Below are positions 1 through 12,694 of a stretch of 64,000 bases of DNA, one piece after another. Each line of letters opens with the position of its first letter. The first letter of the stretch is position 1. Under the pieces are notes generated by a model, which saw only the letters and a list, made by a program, of their open reading frames with translations, searched no databases and had not been told where the DNA came from. A program made the translations under genes and the position numbers. This DNA is from Octopus sinensis (Eukaryota), in NCBI RefSeq assembly GCF_006345805.1, contig NW_021831986.1:1-64000 (forward strand). The letters run 5' to 3'.

Positions 1-1847
1 ATCATCTTTCCCTTCACATTTCAGGTATACTGAAGACCCTTTACTCATTGCTTCAGACTGCGTAAAATATTGGTGAAAGCAAACAGTTGTCAGACTTATT
101 TATGACAAAAAGCGAGTCAGTATGACCAACGTACCCTGTCCTGCACCTGATTGTGCCATGAGTTGGCCTGTAAACAATCCATGGGAGAGAGTACTGACAA
201 GCCTCATCGATCATCTGCAACAATGACACAGAATGTATGCACCTGCCACCTACAACAAATACAACCCCCTCCTCCAACTACACTACCATTCCCAGCCACT
301 GAGGAAAAACGTTGTCGCCTGAGGAAGTAGCTGCTACAATACTACAGCTCCAGCACATTCAACGTCTGCAACCATCGGCAATTCTCCAAGATGTCTGACC
401 AACCGATCCGCTTAATGCTAAACCAGTCGCCCACCATACGCCCATACCAGTCCTGGTTCATTGGCAAGAGGAAGTAAAAGCAGGTCTCGACCGGAATGTT
501 CCACTTGGAGTTATCAAGCCTATTCCCATTGGTACATCTGTCAATTGGTGACAGACAATGGTGGTATGTCCTAACAGGTCTGGAAAACCATCTTAAAGGA
601 GCATCGAATGGCGCACAGGCACTTAACACTGCCCTATCAGCTATGAGCTGACATTGTACCTTCTTCCACAATTGGGGAGAATCACTGCCATTGCATTTCC
701 CCATGACAACTGCCGCGCCAAAGTCAGTATTGAGACAATAAAGGGCCTCGTTACAGACAACACTGACACCAATGGCTTCCTTAACACTGACAGTTTCCAG
801 TGCACAATGCTACAATAAAGAAATACACCTGACTGGGACACACACTTGTCCCCAGCCATGTGCATCTTTGGCAGCCCTATACAATACTTTATTCCCATCC
901 ATCCCGGCAAGTACAAGCTACATTCCACATGGCATGAAACTATGACTTATTGAAAAGAAGACCTGCGTAAACACAACATGAGTGCTACTGAACGGTTGTC
1001 AAAACACACATGCTCACTTCTTTCGAACTATGTCCTAATCCAGAGCCAAGTTTGACCCAATCCTACAAATGGGGGGAAAACTGGTGCCATTTAGATGTAC
1101 GTCATTTCGATCTGTACATGTTGAGAGTGGATGGATCAGGCCAAAATTCCTCTGGAAGTATCTACTGCTTCTTCCCCATGGCCCACTGCTCATGGTGTCT
1201 GGACCACATGCGTTCCCTACGCCAACACCAGTGATGAGACTACCTTCTCAACCGACTTTAACAGCACCTCATGCAGCTGCAACACCAATGCCCACTTCCC
1301 GATTCCAAAATTACCATGACCAGAAATGCATCTCACCGCCTACCCACAGAGCCACGCCAACTTACCCCACCTTTACCACAAGTGGTCATACCCCAACACC
1401 CCTTGAAACCCCTGCTTTCCAAAAGTGACCCTTGCCTGATGCAGTTTATCCTCCATCCAGCAATTGTCCTGTTTGTCGCTCTGCCAGACTCGCAAAGACT
1501 GACACAAAAGCCTGATGCACAACTGACACGTTGCTCCTTGATCGTCACACCGTCAATATTGATTAAGGGTCTCTTGCACTAATTATTATTTTCGTTAATC
1601 ATTTAATACATATTATTAGTCTTCTTTGCTTCTCTCAAAGGAATTGGGGAGGGCATAGAGGATGACAACTGAAAACTCATATATTATCATTTATTACATT
1701 ACATTCAATTAGCCATACATTATTTGTTTCATTATCCAAATATTTTCCTTCACGTTTCAGGTATACCGAGGACCTTTTTTTTCATTGCTTCAATCAGTGT
1801 ACATAAAGTGTTTGTGAAAGCAAAGAGTTTTCACACTTATTTACTAA
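1..1847 (+). mobile_element. Degenerate, internally deleted Ty3/Gypsy LTR retrotransposon with both LTR copies (5' LTR runs off the window start)
   Basis: 8-108 aligns with 1744-1847 (ttcaggtatac...cattgcttca...gtgaaagcaaa...acttattta). 330-600 translates to a Gypsy RT N-terminus (KPVAHHTPIPVLVHWQEEVKAGLDRNVPLGVIKPIPIG). 625-1170 translates to the integrase core and C-terminus ([48 protein letters not shown]). A purine tract GGGGAGGG lies at ~1647. Many stops and frameshifts. Confidence 0.85.
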
Positions 1848-2690
1848 TGAGCTTCTTCTTATAGCTAAATCACTACCAGAACTAGAGAACAAATTGTGCG
1901 TACGGAAGCAAGGTCTAGAATTGAAAGGTCACAGAATTAACCTACCCAACCCTAACCCAAAGTCTTAGTAAGTAGGAAAACAGATAAATCGTAAAGCCCT
2001 TCAGGTACATGGCCATCCTCAATATGAAGGAAACAGGTAGGTAGATGTACTCTGTATAACACATAATAGGTGTAGCAATATCAGAGGAAGGTAAACTGGG
2101 AAAATATATTTTGTATGTGGAAAGTGCACATGTACAGTAAACACTAAAAGTGTACAGAAAATGGGCTTCATCAAATACCAGAGGAGTACGATAAAGATTG
2201 TTGAGCAACAAAGTCAGTAGCAGAGGTGGATGAACCAAGAGTGTGGCTGCAAGAATAAAAATAGGCAGAGCAAATTCAGAGAGCTCCTTCCTCTGTTTGG
2301 TAACTAAGGGTCTCTCCTTCAGAGTGAAAGCCAGATTTATTATACCTGTGCAGACAACTATGCTACATGGCAGAAGAAGCAGACATAAGAAGGCATTGGA
2401 CAAGGTGGTAATGCATGATCTTTGACTGTTGGAACTTATAAAGGCAATGACTAATGACAGACACCTTTCATGACATGCCGTGCCTTAGAAGACAATATAT
2501 TGTAATTAATTTCCATCAATTAATTTTTTTCACAACCCCTGCCCACAACACTCATGGAGTGCTTGATGTTAAGAAGGGCATCCAGCCATAGAAACAATGA
2601 CAAATCAAGACTGGAGTCTGCTGCAGACCCTCAGCTTACCAGCCCTGATGAAACTGTCCAACCCAAGCCAATTAAATGATGATGACAATT
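1848..2690 (+). mobile_element. Decayed RTE-clade LINE 3' portion (RT C-terminus, Cys-rich segment, 3' UTR, (GAT)n tail)
   Basis: Translations LELKGHRINL...KVLVSRK and AARIKIG...LVTKGLSF. The 3' UTR aagaagggcatccagccatagaaac...attaaatgatgatgac matches the RTE tails at 11570-11725. Confidence 0.7.
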
Positions 2691-3418
2691 CTTTTTGTAA
2701 AACTTTTGCATTTTATGCTGAACATCTAGTTTAAAGTTAATTTTATACATTGAATTTTCATTTCCAGTGAAATCAATTTTAATATTTCAAATTCAAAAAT
2801 ATTTAACAAAATATAATGAGAAACTGAAGCAAGTACTACTTCTATATTTGTAAAAACAAAAAGAAACAAATAGAGGAAAATGAGCAAAATTGTGCTAAAG
2901 TGAAACTAAGAAACAGAATACTGTGTAAGGCAAGAGACGACTGTATTTTATGAAAGTACCATATTGCATAAACACAAAAAAAAAGAAACTATTGCAGAGG
3001 GAATTAAACTGAAACAGATATCAACATGACACACACAACCCATGCTAGTATGGATAAAATGATTAGATATTTCTGTCGAGAGAAAATTCAATGACAATCT
3101 TATGCAACCAACAATAACCTCAAACTTATCAGATTATTGTAGATGAGCAACAACTCAAGAAAACCTGTCAAATTCTATGTTCTTACAATGAATTAATTGC
3201 AAGTATTTAAGTATGTAGACAACATAATTTCATGTTTTATATGCATCAATACATGTGTAAAAATAAGTCTCATATCTACGTTCATTTTTCCATCCTAGCA
3301 TGAGTTTGAAAAATATAAGATTTAATAGTTGGGTAACATTGTCGTAGCTAATGCTAATTTTCTACTAAAGGTTTTCTTTTTCTTTCAAAGTGCAGTTCTA
3401 ACAAATGATACATTTGTA

Positions 3419-4629
3419 CACAAACATGACAAAAGTAAATAGATACCCATTAACACATTGTTTTATGGTTATTATAACTTGAAGAGGTTTATATTTTTTT
3501 TATTAATTGACATTTATATGTTTCAGGTTCTATATGTAACTGTTTAATCATGCCATGTACAAAAGAAGCCTTAAAAATGTCCAATTTACAAAGAGGCCAT
3601 ATGCTGCGCCTATTTCAAGGCTGACTTAGCCTAAAACCACAGAAAACATTGTGATTCCACTTTCTACAGTAAATAGAGTAATTTTTCAATTCACTAAACG
3701 GGAAAGTAGTCCATATCACCTTACCCAGGTAGACTAAGGCCCTCTGACAGAACACTTTGCTTTCTTAAGAGAAGTGTGTAAGATAATCCTCATTGCAAGG
3801 CCTCCAATATAGCAGAATAAGTTGATGTCAGTCCCAGAATAGCTGTCAGTTATCTCCGCAAAATTGGCTATTATGGCAGAGCAGCAAGAAAGAAGACACT
3901 GCTTCGACCAGCCAATATCAAATGGAGAAAAGATTGGACAAGTGAGATGGTAGAGAGGTCACTAGCACTTTGGGACACTGTCAAATTCTCTGATGAATCC
4001 AGATTTGCTGTATTTTCTGACACTGGTCGAATGTGGGTCTGGAGAATCAGTCACCAATATTTTCACGTGAATATATTGCAGCCAACAATGAAACATGTGA
4101 TGGTCTGGAGAGCAGTTTGGAGCAATAGTCAATCAGAAATGGTGGAATGTGAGGGATACATAAACTCAGATAAATATGTGTCCATATTATAGAAAAATCT
4201 TCTTCCTATAACCTCCAGGGGTAAAATGATTAAAGAACACTATTTATGGAAGATAGGGCTTTCTTGCACAACTAAAAGACCCAGGATTGGTTGGAAGAGA
4301 ATGGCATTAAAAAGCTTCCATAGCTAAGCCAATCACCAGATATGAACCCTACTGAACACCTCTGAGGCATGATGGATGGGATACTTCCTAAAAAGAAAAA
4401 GAAAGCATCCTTAAAGCCAGATCTTTTGATATTACTGCAAGAAACTTGGCAAGAAAATCATGAAGAGAATATTCATCAGATCAGTAGCATGCCTGCTAGG
4501 GTCCTTGCATTCAAAAATGCAAGGAGCCTGTCTACTAAATATTAGATATTCACATTATAATAATTAATAAATAATTTAAATAAATTTTAACAATTATAAG
4601 GATGTCTATTTAATTCTGTCATGTCTATG
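3419..4629 (+). mobile_element. Tc1-family DNA transposon, complete boundaries, transposase pseudogenised
   Basis: Imperfect ~35-bp TIRs (cacaaacatgacaaaagtaaataga at 3419; reverse complement at 4597-4629), flanked by TA at 3417-18 and 4630-31. Motifs WDTVKFSDESRF, HVMVW, INSDKYVSIL and SQSPDMNPTEHL (DD34E type); stops present. Confidence 0.85.
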
Positions 4630-4699
4630 TAGTTTTTGAAGCAAAACACAATGGAAACATTAATATTAAGACCTTTTCAAAAATCTCTCTCAAGCTTTT

Positions 4700-5450
4700 C
4701 ATGCACACTAAGATTTTATTGACATTCATTCAAATTCACTCATTCCAACATGAAACAATTTTTTCCATCAAAAACTTTGTGATGTTTTCACTTTCTCTAA
4801 TTTGATCTAGATCCTCTAAGTGTCTCTAATGACTTTCATGCCTTAATTTCAATTTGTTGCCTAGATTTTTCCTCAGGGCCAACTCACCAAACAGAAATTA
4901 ATGAGAGACCTAATTGCCTTTCATCTTGATCACATAAATACTCCCACATATTTGGTGCTCAAATACAGCATGCTCCACACTAGGAGATTGACAGTTACCC
5001 AGTATATGCAAAAATCGAACACATTTGCAGTACTAAACAAGCCATTACTATTGCATTTTCTGGCTTCATGTTTCCCAATTATATCCCAAATTTTTTTATC
5101 TCTGCAAATGCTTTCATTCAAATCAACAAGTATGAATATTTTATAAGCAGAAAGAACACTGCACAGAAGCTTTTTTCATGAAAGATAAAATATTAGTCTT
5201 TTTTTTCTCTTCAGAGGAACACATGGTTGGAGGGTAGACACTTACTAAGGTAACAAATCTCTTGTTTGACAATGGCAATCTCACTGACATCAAGGTAATC
5301 AGTAAATCCAAAGAGTTCATAATCTTAGATGCCAATATTTCACAAACATTCAATGGTCTGTACTCTCTTGCAGTAGCAAGATGACACATAGGCCCAGGCT
5401 GCAATACTGTGGGACACCTTCACTATCCATTCCACATCCCTTCTTGACAT
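4700..5450 (-). mobile_element. RTE (BovB-like) LINE endonuclease fragment
   Basis: LMSVRLPLSNKRFVTLVSVYPPTM and DLNESICRDKKIWDIIGKHEARKCNSNG resemble the RTE APE domain; frameshifted. Confidence 0.65.
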
Positions 5451-5554
5451 TACTCTAAATTATTTTGATTTTTCAATGAGTATTTTGCACTTTTTGTCAA
5501 CAGTTACCTATAACATGCATCACATAATTGATATGGTGTATACACACACATGCA

Positions 5555-5695
5555 ATAAGCATCATATAGTTCCCATCAACCACTTTCACTAAAAATGCAT
5601 TTGTTGGTCCCTACCTATAGTCGAAGACTCTTGCCCAAAATGACACACAGTAGAACTAGACCCTAAACCATGGTATTGGGAAACAAACATATTTT
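5555..5695 (-). mobile_element. Decayed fragment of tRNA-derived SINE family 1
   Basis: Aligns to 14990-15110 (ctatag.agaagac.cttgcccaa...). Confidence 0.55.
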
Positions 5696-6379
5696 ACATT
5701 TGCAAACATATATGTCTTATGGAAATTGTTCAATATACACAGAGAAACAGTTGTTCAATTTACAAACAGCTATGGTTAACTAACAGAAAACTTAATTTAA
5801 CAAAAAAATTATGTACTTACATACAGGTGAAGCTTCTTGCTTGGTAAAATCAACAAGTATAAAGAAAAGTCTACATGTATAAACTGTTGTGGTGAGAGTC
5901 ATTGGCACCCCTATGGGATTGGAAGAATGGACTAGCAAAACTCTTATAAAAAAATTAGCATATTGGTTGAGACAAAGAGAGTCATTGGGAGTTCATGGAA
6001 GTTGTTGACATTGTTCAGAGTTTATATTTATTAGAAGTATTGTGTTTAGTAGAGTAATCTTCGTGAAATTTGCATATCCAACATATAGAAGGATATAAAA
6101 TAAACAAAAGTTCGCAAGTAAACCAATAAGTGTAATCGTTCATTTTTTAACCCTGAAAGTAAAAATGAAAAACATCCTAATAGTAGCGAAAGGAAAATTT
6201 TGGCTTTAATATCAGTTCAATACTCTTTATTTGAAGTGACAAGCAGCCAAGTATTATACAAATGGAAACTTTTACATGTCTCAGGAAAGATATAAATGCA
6301 AGCAATGTGAGACCAACTTTCATTAAAACTACACAAGAAATTCATCAAAATTCATTCACAGATTTTATTCTATTAAACT

Positions 6380-6560
6380 TAAGATGGTGGAGAGGCACAA
6401 TTGTTAGAGTGTTGGCAAAATACCTTCCAATATTTCTACCAGCTCTTTATATTCTAGTTTCAAATCCTGTTGAGGCTAACTTTGTTTCTCTTCCTTTCAT
6501 GGTTGATAAAAAAAAGTGCAAGTCAAGTAATAAGATCAATTTAATCAATTAACCACTTCC
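6380..6560 (+). mobile_element. Decayed copy of tRNA-derived SINE family 2
   Basis: Colinear with 8224-8400 (ttcaaatcc..gagg..actttg..tttc.tcctttc.gg.tgataaa). Confidence 0.5.
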
Positions 6561-7004
6561 TCTAAAATTTGAGGCATTCCCCTGTTTTACAAACATGACC
6601 AATTAATCAAATGACTTGGGAAAAATAAATCTGCATGTTAGGAAACAGGATAGCTTTCCTGTCATTCAAATATTCGTGAAATTTACAATATACCATAATT
6701 TCAGCAATTCACATAGTCATATTGTAAGAGAGTTCATCATTTCACTAAAGATGCATACACTAATATAGAAACTGATATTAATTAAGAAATCTTACCCATA
6801 AACAATATTTTTTATGCTATTTCACCAATGAGCAACTAATAAGGCAGAGTTTAAATCCATGCTTCCTTCACCAGTTTATCATATGGCTCTCAATCCATTC
6901 AAGCCTTTATTGCAAAACAGCTCAGTTTGCTAATTCTTTACAAAGGGCAGTACAGGTGAGAAACATAAAATGGACAAAATGAGTGATGAGTAGCAATAAA
7001 AAAA

Positions 7005-7145
7005 CATAAGCATCTATCTATTTATCTATATATCTATCGAGCTATCAAGCAGTCTATCTTTCTAGGTGTTTGGTAGTTGGTATGTCTATTCTTCTTCTGA
7101 CTCTATCTATTTCTGTCTATATATTTATCTATGTTACAATCTGCT

Positions 7146-7208
<63 letters not shown>

Positions 7209-7230
7209 AGAGAGCGGGAGAGAGAAAGAG
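7005..7230. repeat. Compound microsatellite (TATC)n/(CT)n/(AT)n/(GA)n
   Basis: Directly visible. Confidence 0.9.
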
Positions 7231-7469
7231 ATGTACTTGCATAGCGAGTGGCAAGGTAACAGTCAAGTATACAAATTGAACTGACACATATTACATAAAC
7301 ATACGTCTATTTCTCCTAAATACTCACATACGTAAGTACATAAGTACATACATACATGCGTATAGGCATACGCACATACATGTACACATATACATACATA
7401 AACACATACATACGTACGTACATACATATATATCATGAACTAACTGTTACTTTCTCAGATGCAGCACGG

Positions 7470-7525
7470 AATTTTGTCAGTGAAGAAGTCGCAGTCTCAA
7501 AGCGACGAAAATATTTTGACAAATT
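7470..7525 (+). ncRNA. Minimal type I hammerhead-ribozyme-like motif with non-canonical core, upstream of a Penelope-like element
   Basis: Stem I tttgtca/tgacaaa, core GTGAAGA(A), stem II gtcgc/gcgac, GAAA, palindromic AAATATTT mini-stem III. Confidence 0.45.
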
Positions 7526-7619
7526 AAATTTAAATATTAAAGTGAATCGAACGGTTTTTGTGTGTTTCTTAAATGGCTTATAAACACCTTCCATGCTGCA
7601 ATTGTTTTCGTTCCAGTAC

Positions 7620-10150
7620 AGCAAAGTTTACCCTTACTAAATCCAAACTCCTGTCAGCTTTCTCTAATTACACCCAAAGGCATAAACAAAAACGAACAAA
7701 AAATAAGACCCGTGATCTTGACACCAAAATTAAGAAAGGCCATAACAAATTAAAAAATCGTATAAAAAATAAGAGATTGTATGCTTCCCGACTGACAAAT
7801 CAGTTAGAATGTCTGTTGACAACTTATCTAATTACATTTTGAACATGCAACCACACATTGAAAACGAAAAAGTCCTCAATGCTCACATGGGGATGCGGAG
7901 TATCATTCTCCAGTCTGAGGAATGCACAGCAAACAATTTCATAACTACCAACAATGAAATCCCACCCCTATATGGCCTTCGAAAAGATCATAAGATCCAC
8001 ATGGATCATATACTTGGGCCACCTTCCCGACCTGTTTGTGGTGCCAACAATGCAAACAACCACAAAATATCATATTTTCTCTCACAATTCATAAGACCCT
8101 TAATAGAGTTATCTGCAGATTTACGTGATAGTACTGAAGACCTCCTTAGCAGGATCCGCGAATGCAACAACACATGTGACCTCAGAGAGCACATCGTAGG
8201 TATCATGGATATGGTATCACTGTAAGGCGGCGAGCTGGCAGAAACGTTAGCACGCCAGGCGAAATGCTTAGCGGTATTTCGTCTGCCGTTACGTTGTGAG
8301 TTCAAATTCCGCCGAGGTCAACTTTACCTTTCATCCTTTCGGGGTCGATAAATTAAGTACCAGTTACGTACTGGGGTCGATGTATTCGACTTAATACCTA
8401 TGTCTGTCCTTGTTTGTCCCCTCTGTGTTTAGCCCCTTGTGGGTAATAAAGAAATAGGTATCACTATATCCTTCCATTGATATAGAATTTGCTGTCGAAA
8501 AATGTATAAAGATAATTAGTGAGAGTAATATGATATTTAAAAATGCGGACATATATGAACTATGGCTCTTCCTGGCACCAATGAGTATCTGTCACAATAA
8601 TCTTCTATATGCTTGTCTTTCCCGTAACAAACGAGGTAGACCACCTACCATTACCTCAGCATACAAAAAGACCCATTGTGAACGCTGACAGGGTTTGATG
8701 AGGCAGACTACCCACCTTCAGATGCACAGGACATCAGAACTACTATTGCACATGCTATCGGTGTCAGCCTTAGAACTATACTTAAAACCTATATTTTTAA
8801 GTTTAACAAAAAACTGTATAAACAGACGAAAGTGGTGCTATTGGAGTAGGGATCGTCGGTGATGTTGCAAACCTCTTCATTGGATGGTGGGACAGACAGT
8901 TTAAACAGTGCCTAGTGACCTGTAACATCCACTTAGCTATGTACTCTCTATACATTGACGACATTAACATTGTTGTGAAATGTAATAATAATACAGACAC
9001 AGAGATAGAATCTCTACTAAATGAAGAACAGGTGATGACAGCTATACAACACATGGCTAACTCTATCCATAGCAGTATAAAAGTTACCGTAGACTGCCTC
9101 TCTAAACACCCCAGTAACAGATTACCTGTCCTAGATACTGAGCTGTGGATAGAAAATACTATGGTTAACGGAACTGTTAAATCCTGTTTACTCCACTCAC
9201 ACTCTTGTAAACCTATGGCTAATCCACTGGTAATCCGTAGTAACTCAACGATGTCGAGTACTAACAAGCTCAACATCCTGGTGGCAGACTTAGTTAGATT
9301 AATGAGGAATGTATATCTCCACTATGCCAACCACAAGAACGACAACACATCCAGCACTTCATATTCCGAATGCAACGCCCCGAATACACACAATATGAGA
9401 GAATCAGAGTGTACAAAGGAGCAAAACCAAGATTCAAACACATTCTAAGTGATGACGAAAACAGTGTATGGTTCCTATACCGCAACAAGTTCTGGAATAG
9501 GTTAGAGAGGGACACCAAGAAAAGAAATAAGACCAATACTTGGTATAACAAGAGATTTCACAGTGTAATGTTTGTTGATGCCACACCTAAGAACGAATTA
9601 TGTAAGGCATTCAAGAAAATCCTACACATAACTGGCCTTAAGATCAAGGTTGTAGAAAAGACAGGTAGGACTATCAAATCTGTATTGTGTAGATCATATC
9701 CTTTCGATAGATTCCCATGTCAAAATAATTGTGCAGTATGTTCCACAAACCCACATGTGAACTGTAAAACCAAGAACATTGTGCCAAGAAGGAGCTTGCG
9801 AGACTAACCCAGAGTCATACATAGGTGAAACTTCTAGGAGTATCAATGATAGGTTCAAAGAACACCTGACAATACATGAAAAGAACCAAACTCCATCTTC
9901 TATCAGCATGCTGAACCAGTGATTCCCAGGTGGGCATACGCACTGGTGGGCCTGAGAAAATTCATCCATAGACTAAAGTACATGACGAGCTCATCGCACA
10001 ACCTTAGATTCCGTCTTAAGCCTCACATCGGAAACTCTCGCACAGCGAGACAAAGTCCCGCACTGAGCAAAAACTTATTAGGAGCTGACCTCAAATAATG
10101 GAACTGAAAAACGTGTTATTCAAGACATTTTAAAAACCTGAGAAATCGTA
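7620..10150 (+). mobile_element. Penelope-like element (RT + Cys-rich linker + GIY-YIG endonuclease; Neptune-like), degenerate, interrupted by a SINE
   Basis: PTDKS, PPLYGLRKDHK, RPVCGA, DMVSL|YPSID, GAIGVGIVGDVANL, YIDD, LPVLDT, FVDATP...KVVEKTG, CQNNCAVC...C and YIGETSRSINDRFKEH, spread over ORFs 7809, 8915 and 9370. Confidence 0.88.
8224..8460 (+). mobile_element. Young tRNA-derived SINE family 2 (Deu/Nin-domain-like body) with target-site duplication
   Basis: A-box-like GGCGAGCTGGCAGAA and B-box GAGTTCAAATTCC; body ...ctttcatcctttcggggtcgataaattaagtaccag. GGTATCACT is duplicated at 8213-8221 and 8457-8465. The domain name is from recall, not from a search. Confidence 0.85.
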
Positions 10151-10769
10151 ATACGATTTATTGGGATGCACTTTCACCTGTTGCAATTCTCAAACTGTAC
10201 AATTGATCATTGTAGTACCACGTACTTGTAAATGTGAGTGGACATGAAAAGGTCGTAAAAACTTGCTATGAAAAAGCAAAAATAAACCCTGCTGTAGACT
10301 GTCACAAGGGCTCTTAGGGAGACTTAAGTTAAACATTTTATCCACACATCCCACTGATGCAATGCTGAGACAGGTCAATAAATCTGTCTGTATACAAGAA
10401 TACAAACCCACTCTCAACCGAAAATTCGAATGGAGTAACATCCAGATTCCACTCAGGATGACCATTCTATAACCACCCCTCTCTCTCTCTCTCTCTCTCT
10501 CTCATTTACAAGTAGTAATCCATGCATAAATGTTGAAATGCATGGTACTAAAATACATATATGCAGTTATATCTAACCGTACGAGCGTACATTGTTTGAT
10601 ACGTATGTACATATGTGTAGATGTATATGTGTGTATACGTATGTGTATGTGTAAATATACATATGAATTATATATGTATGCATGTAAAAAATAAATAAAA
10701 AGAATAAATAGAATAAAATAAAACAAGTTTGAATTTTAACCATTGTCCTTGGAAAATTGTCATATATAT

Positions 10770-11725
10770 GTATACGAACAGCCATGCTACACGGCAGTGA
10801 AACATGGGCGTGACTGCTGAAGATATGCGTAAGCTCGCAAGAAATGAAGCCAGTATGCTCCGATGGATGTGTAATGTCAGTGTTCATACTAGACAGAGTG
10901 TAAGTACTTTGAGAGAAAAGTTGGACCTAAGAAGCATCAGTTGTGGTGTGCAAGAGAGACGTTTGCACTGGTATGGTCATGTGGCGAGAATGGATGTAGA
11001 TAGTTGTTTGAAACAGTGCCACGCCCTAGCGGTTGAGGGAACCTGTGGAAGAGGTAGACCCAGGAAAACCTGGGACGAGGTGGTGAAGCACGACCTTCGA
11101 ACTTTAGGTTTCACCGAGGAAATGACTAGAGACCGAGACCTTTGGAAGTATGCTGTGCGTGAGAAGACCCGGCAGGACAAGTGAGGCCATAATTCCGTGG
11201 CCTCTACCTGGGATGTAGCCAGCCCACTTATGCATTCCTTTCCTTCTTGGGACACAAAGCTCCACTTGTGAAGACCTGTTGAGGCAAGTGAAAATCAAAA
11301 TCGTATTCGATCAACATCAATGGAATTTGTAGCTGTGATACCAGTGCTGGTGGCACGTAAGAGAACCATCCGAACGTGGCCATAGCCAGCACCGCCCTAA
11401 CTGGCCTCCGTGCCGGTGGCACGTAAAAAGCACCATCCGATTCGTGGCCGTTGCCAGCTTCGTCTGGTCTCCGTGCTGGTGGCACGTAAAAATCACCATC
11501 CGATCGTGGCCGTTTGCCAGCATCGTCTGGCACCTGTACCGGCGGCACGTAAAAAGCACCCACTACATTCACAGAGTGGTTGGCGTTAGGAAGGGCATTC
11601 AGCTGTAGAAACACTGCCAAATCAGACTGGGCCTGGTGCAGCCTTCTGGCTTCCCAGACCCCAGTTGAACCGTCCAACCCATGCTAGCATAGAAAGTGGA
11701 CGTTAAATGATGATGATGATGATGA
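10770..11725 (+). mobile_element. 5'-truncated RTE LINE: ORF2 C-terminus, 3' UTR with tandem repeats, (GAT)n tail
   Basis: AMLHGSETW, RRLHWYGHVARM, GRGRPRKTWDEVV, DRDLWK; tail cgttaaatgatgatgatg. Confidence 0.9.
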
Positions 11726-11751
11726 TAGATATATATATATATATAGAAATA

Positions 11752-12680
11752 GGGTTGGCAACTAAGTTCCCGCCGTTTTTTTTAATTTAAATTGTTTAAA
11801 AGGTTTAATGATTAAATAACAACTAATTAATCAATAATGTATTCACTTTTGTTGTTTACAACTTCTTCCCAATGTTCAAAAAGATTTTCAATACCTTGTT
11901 GGTAGAAATCACTCGATTTCGACTCGAAAAATTGATCCAACTAAGCTCTCAATTCTGTATCAGTACTGAACGAAACTCTGTGCATAGCATTTGAAAGAGA
12001 TCGAAAGAGGTAGAAATCCGTTGGTACAAAATCAGGAGAGTACGGCGGATGTGGCAGTACTTTCCAATCATGCGTTTGAATTGCTTCCTTGGTCATATTG
12101 GCGATATGTGGGGTGGGCAATGCTGTGCAGCAGAAGAACTCATGCTGCCAATTAAATCTTTTCTCTTGAATAGCCGTGTTGAGTCGTTCCATCTCTTGAA
12201 CATAGAATTCTGCATTGACCATGTGGTTCCATTCAAGCAATTCGTAAGGTATAATCCCCTTCCAGTCCGACCATACGCACAACATCATTTTATGCAGATG
12301 GAGATCTTGTTTCATGTGCAGTGTCGCTTGTTTACCAGAGCTCAGCCATTCCTTTCCGCTGCTTCATTTTGATGTACAGGCACCATATTATGTCGCCTGT
12401 GATGATTCGGTAAATAAATCGTTGCTTTTGTCCATGAGTTGAGCGGTGATGAGCAAGCAAACCTGCAGAGATTGTGGCTCATTGATTTTTGTTGTTGTCA
12501 CTTAAAGCATTCGGAACCCATCCTCCATACATCTGCACCTTTCCCATCGAATAAAGATGCTTCTCTATAGCAGTGTGGGAGCATTCCATTTTCTCTCATA
12601 GTTCCCTTGCCTTTTGACAAGGATTTTAGTGCAAAAGTCGGTTTAATTGCTCTTCCTCGAACTCAACTGGATAGCCAGAA
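11752..12680 (-). mobile_element. mariner-family transposon (DD34D type), one TIR plus degenerate transposase; 5' part lost
   Basis: WVPNAL, TGDIIW, KMMLCVW and VLPHPPYSPDFVPTDFYLF; TA at 11750-51 precedes gggttggcaactaag. Confidence 0.85.
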
Positions 12681-12694
12681 CGAGATTATTAATT

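Noticed and set aside
5821-5931. Minus-strand exon-like segment ending at GTAAGT
   Set aside because: The only open frame (…RLFFILVDFTKQ) resembles the RT FVDFTKAF motif, so a LINE relic is more likely.
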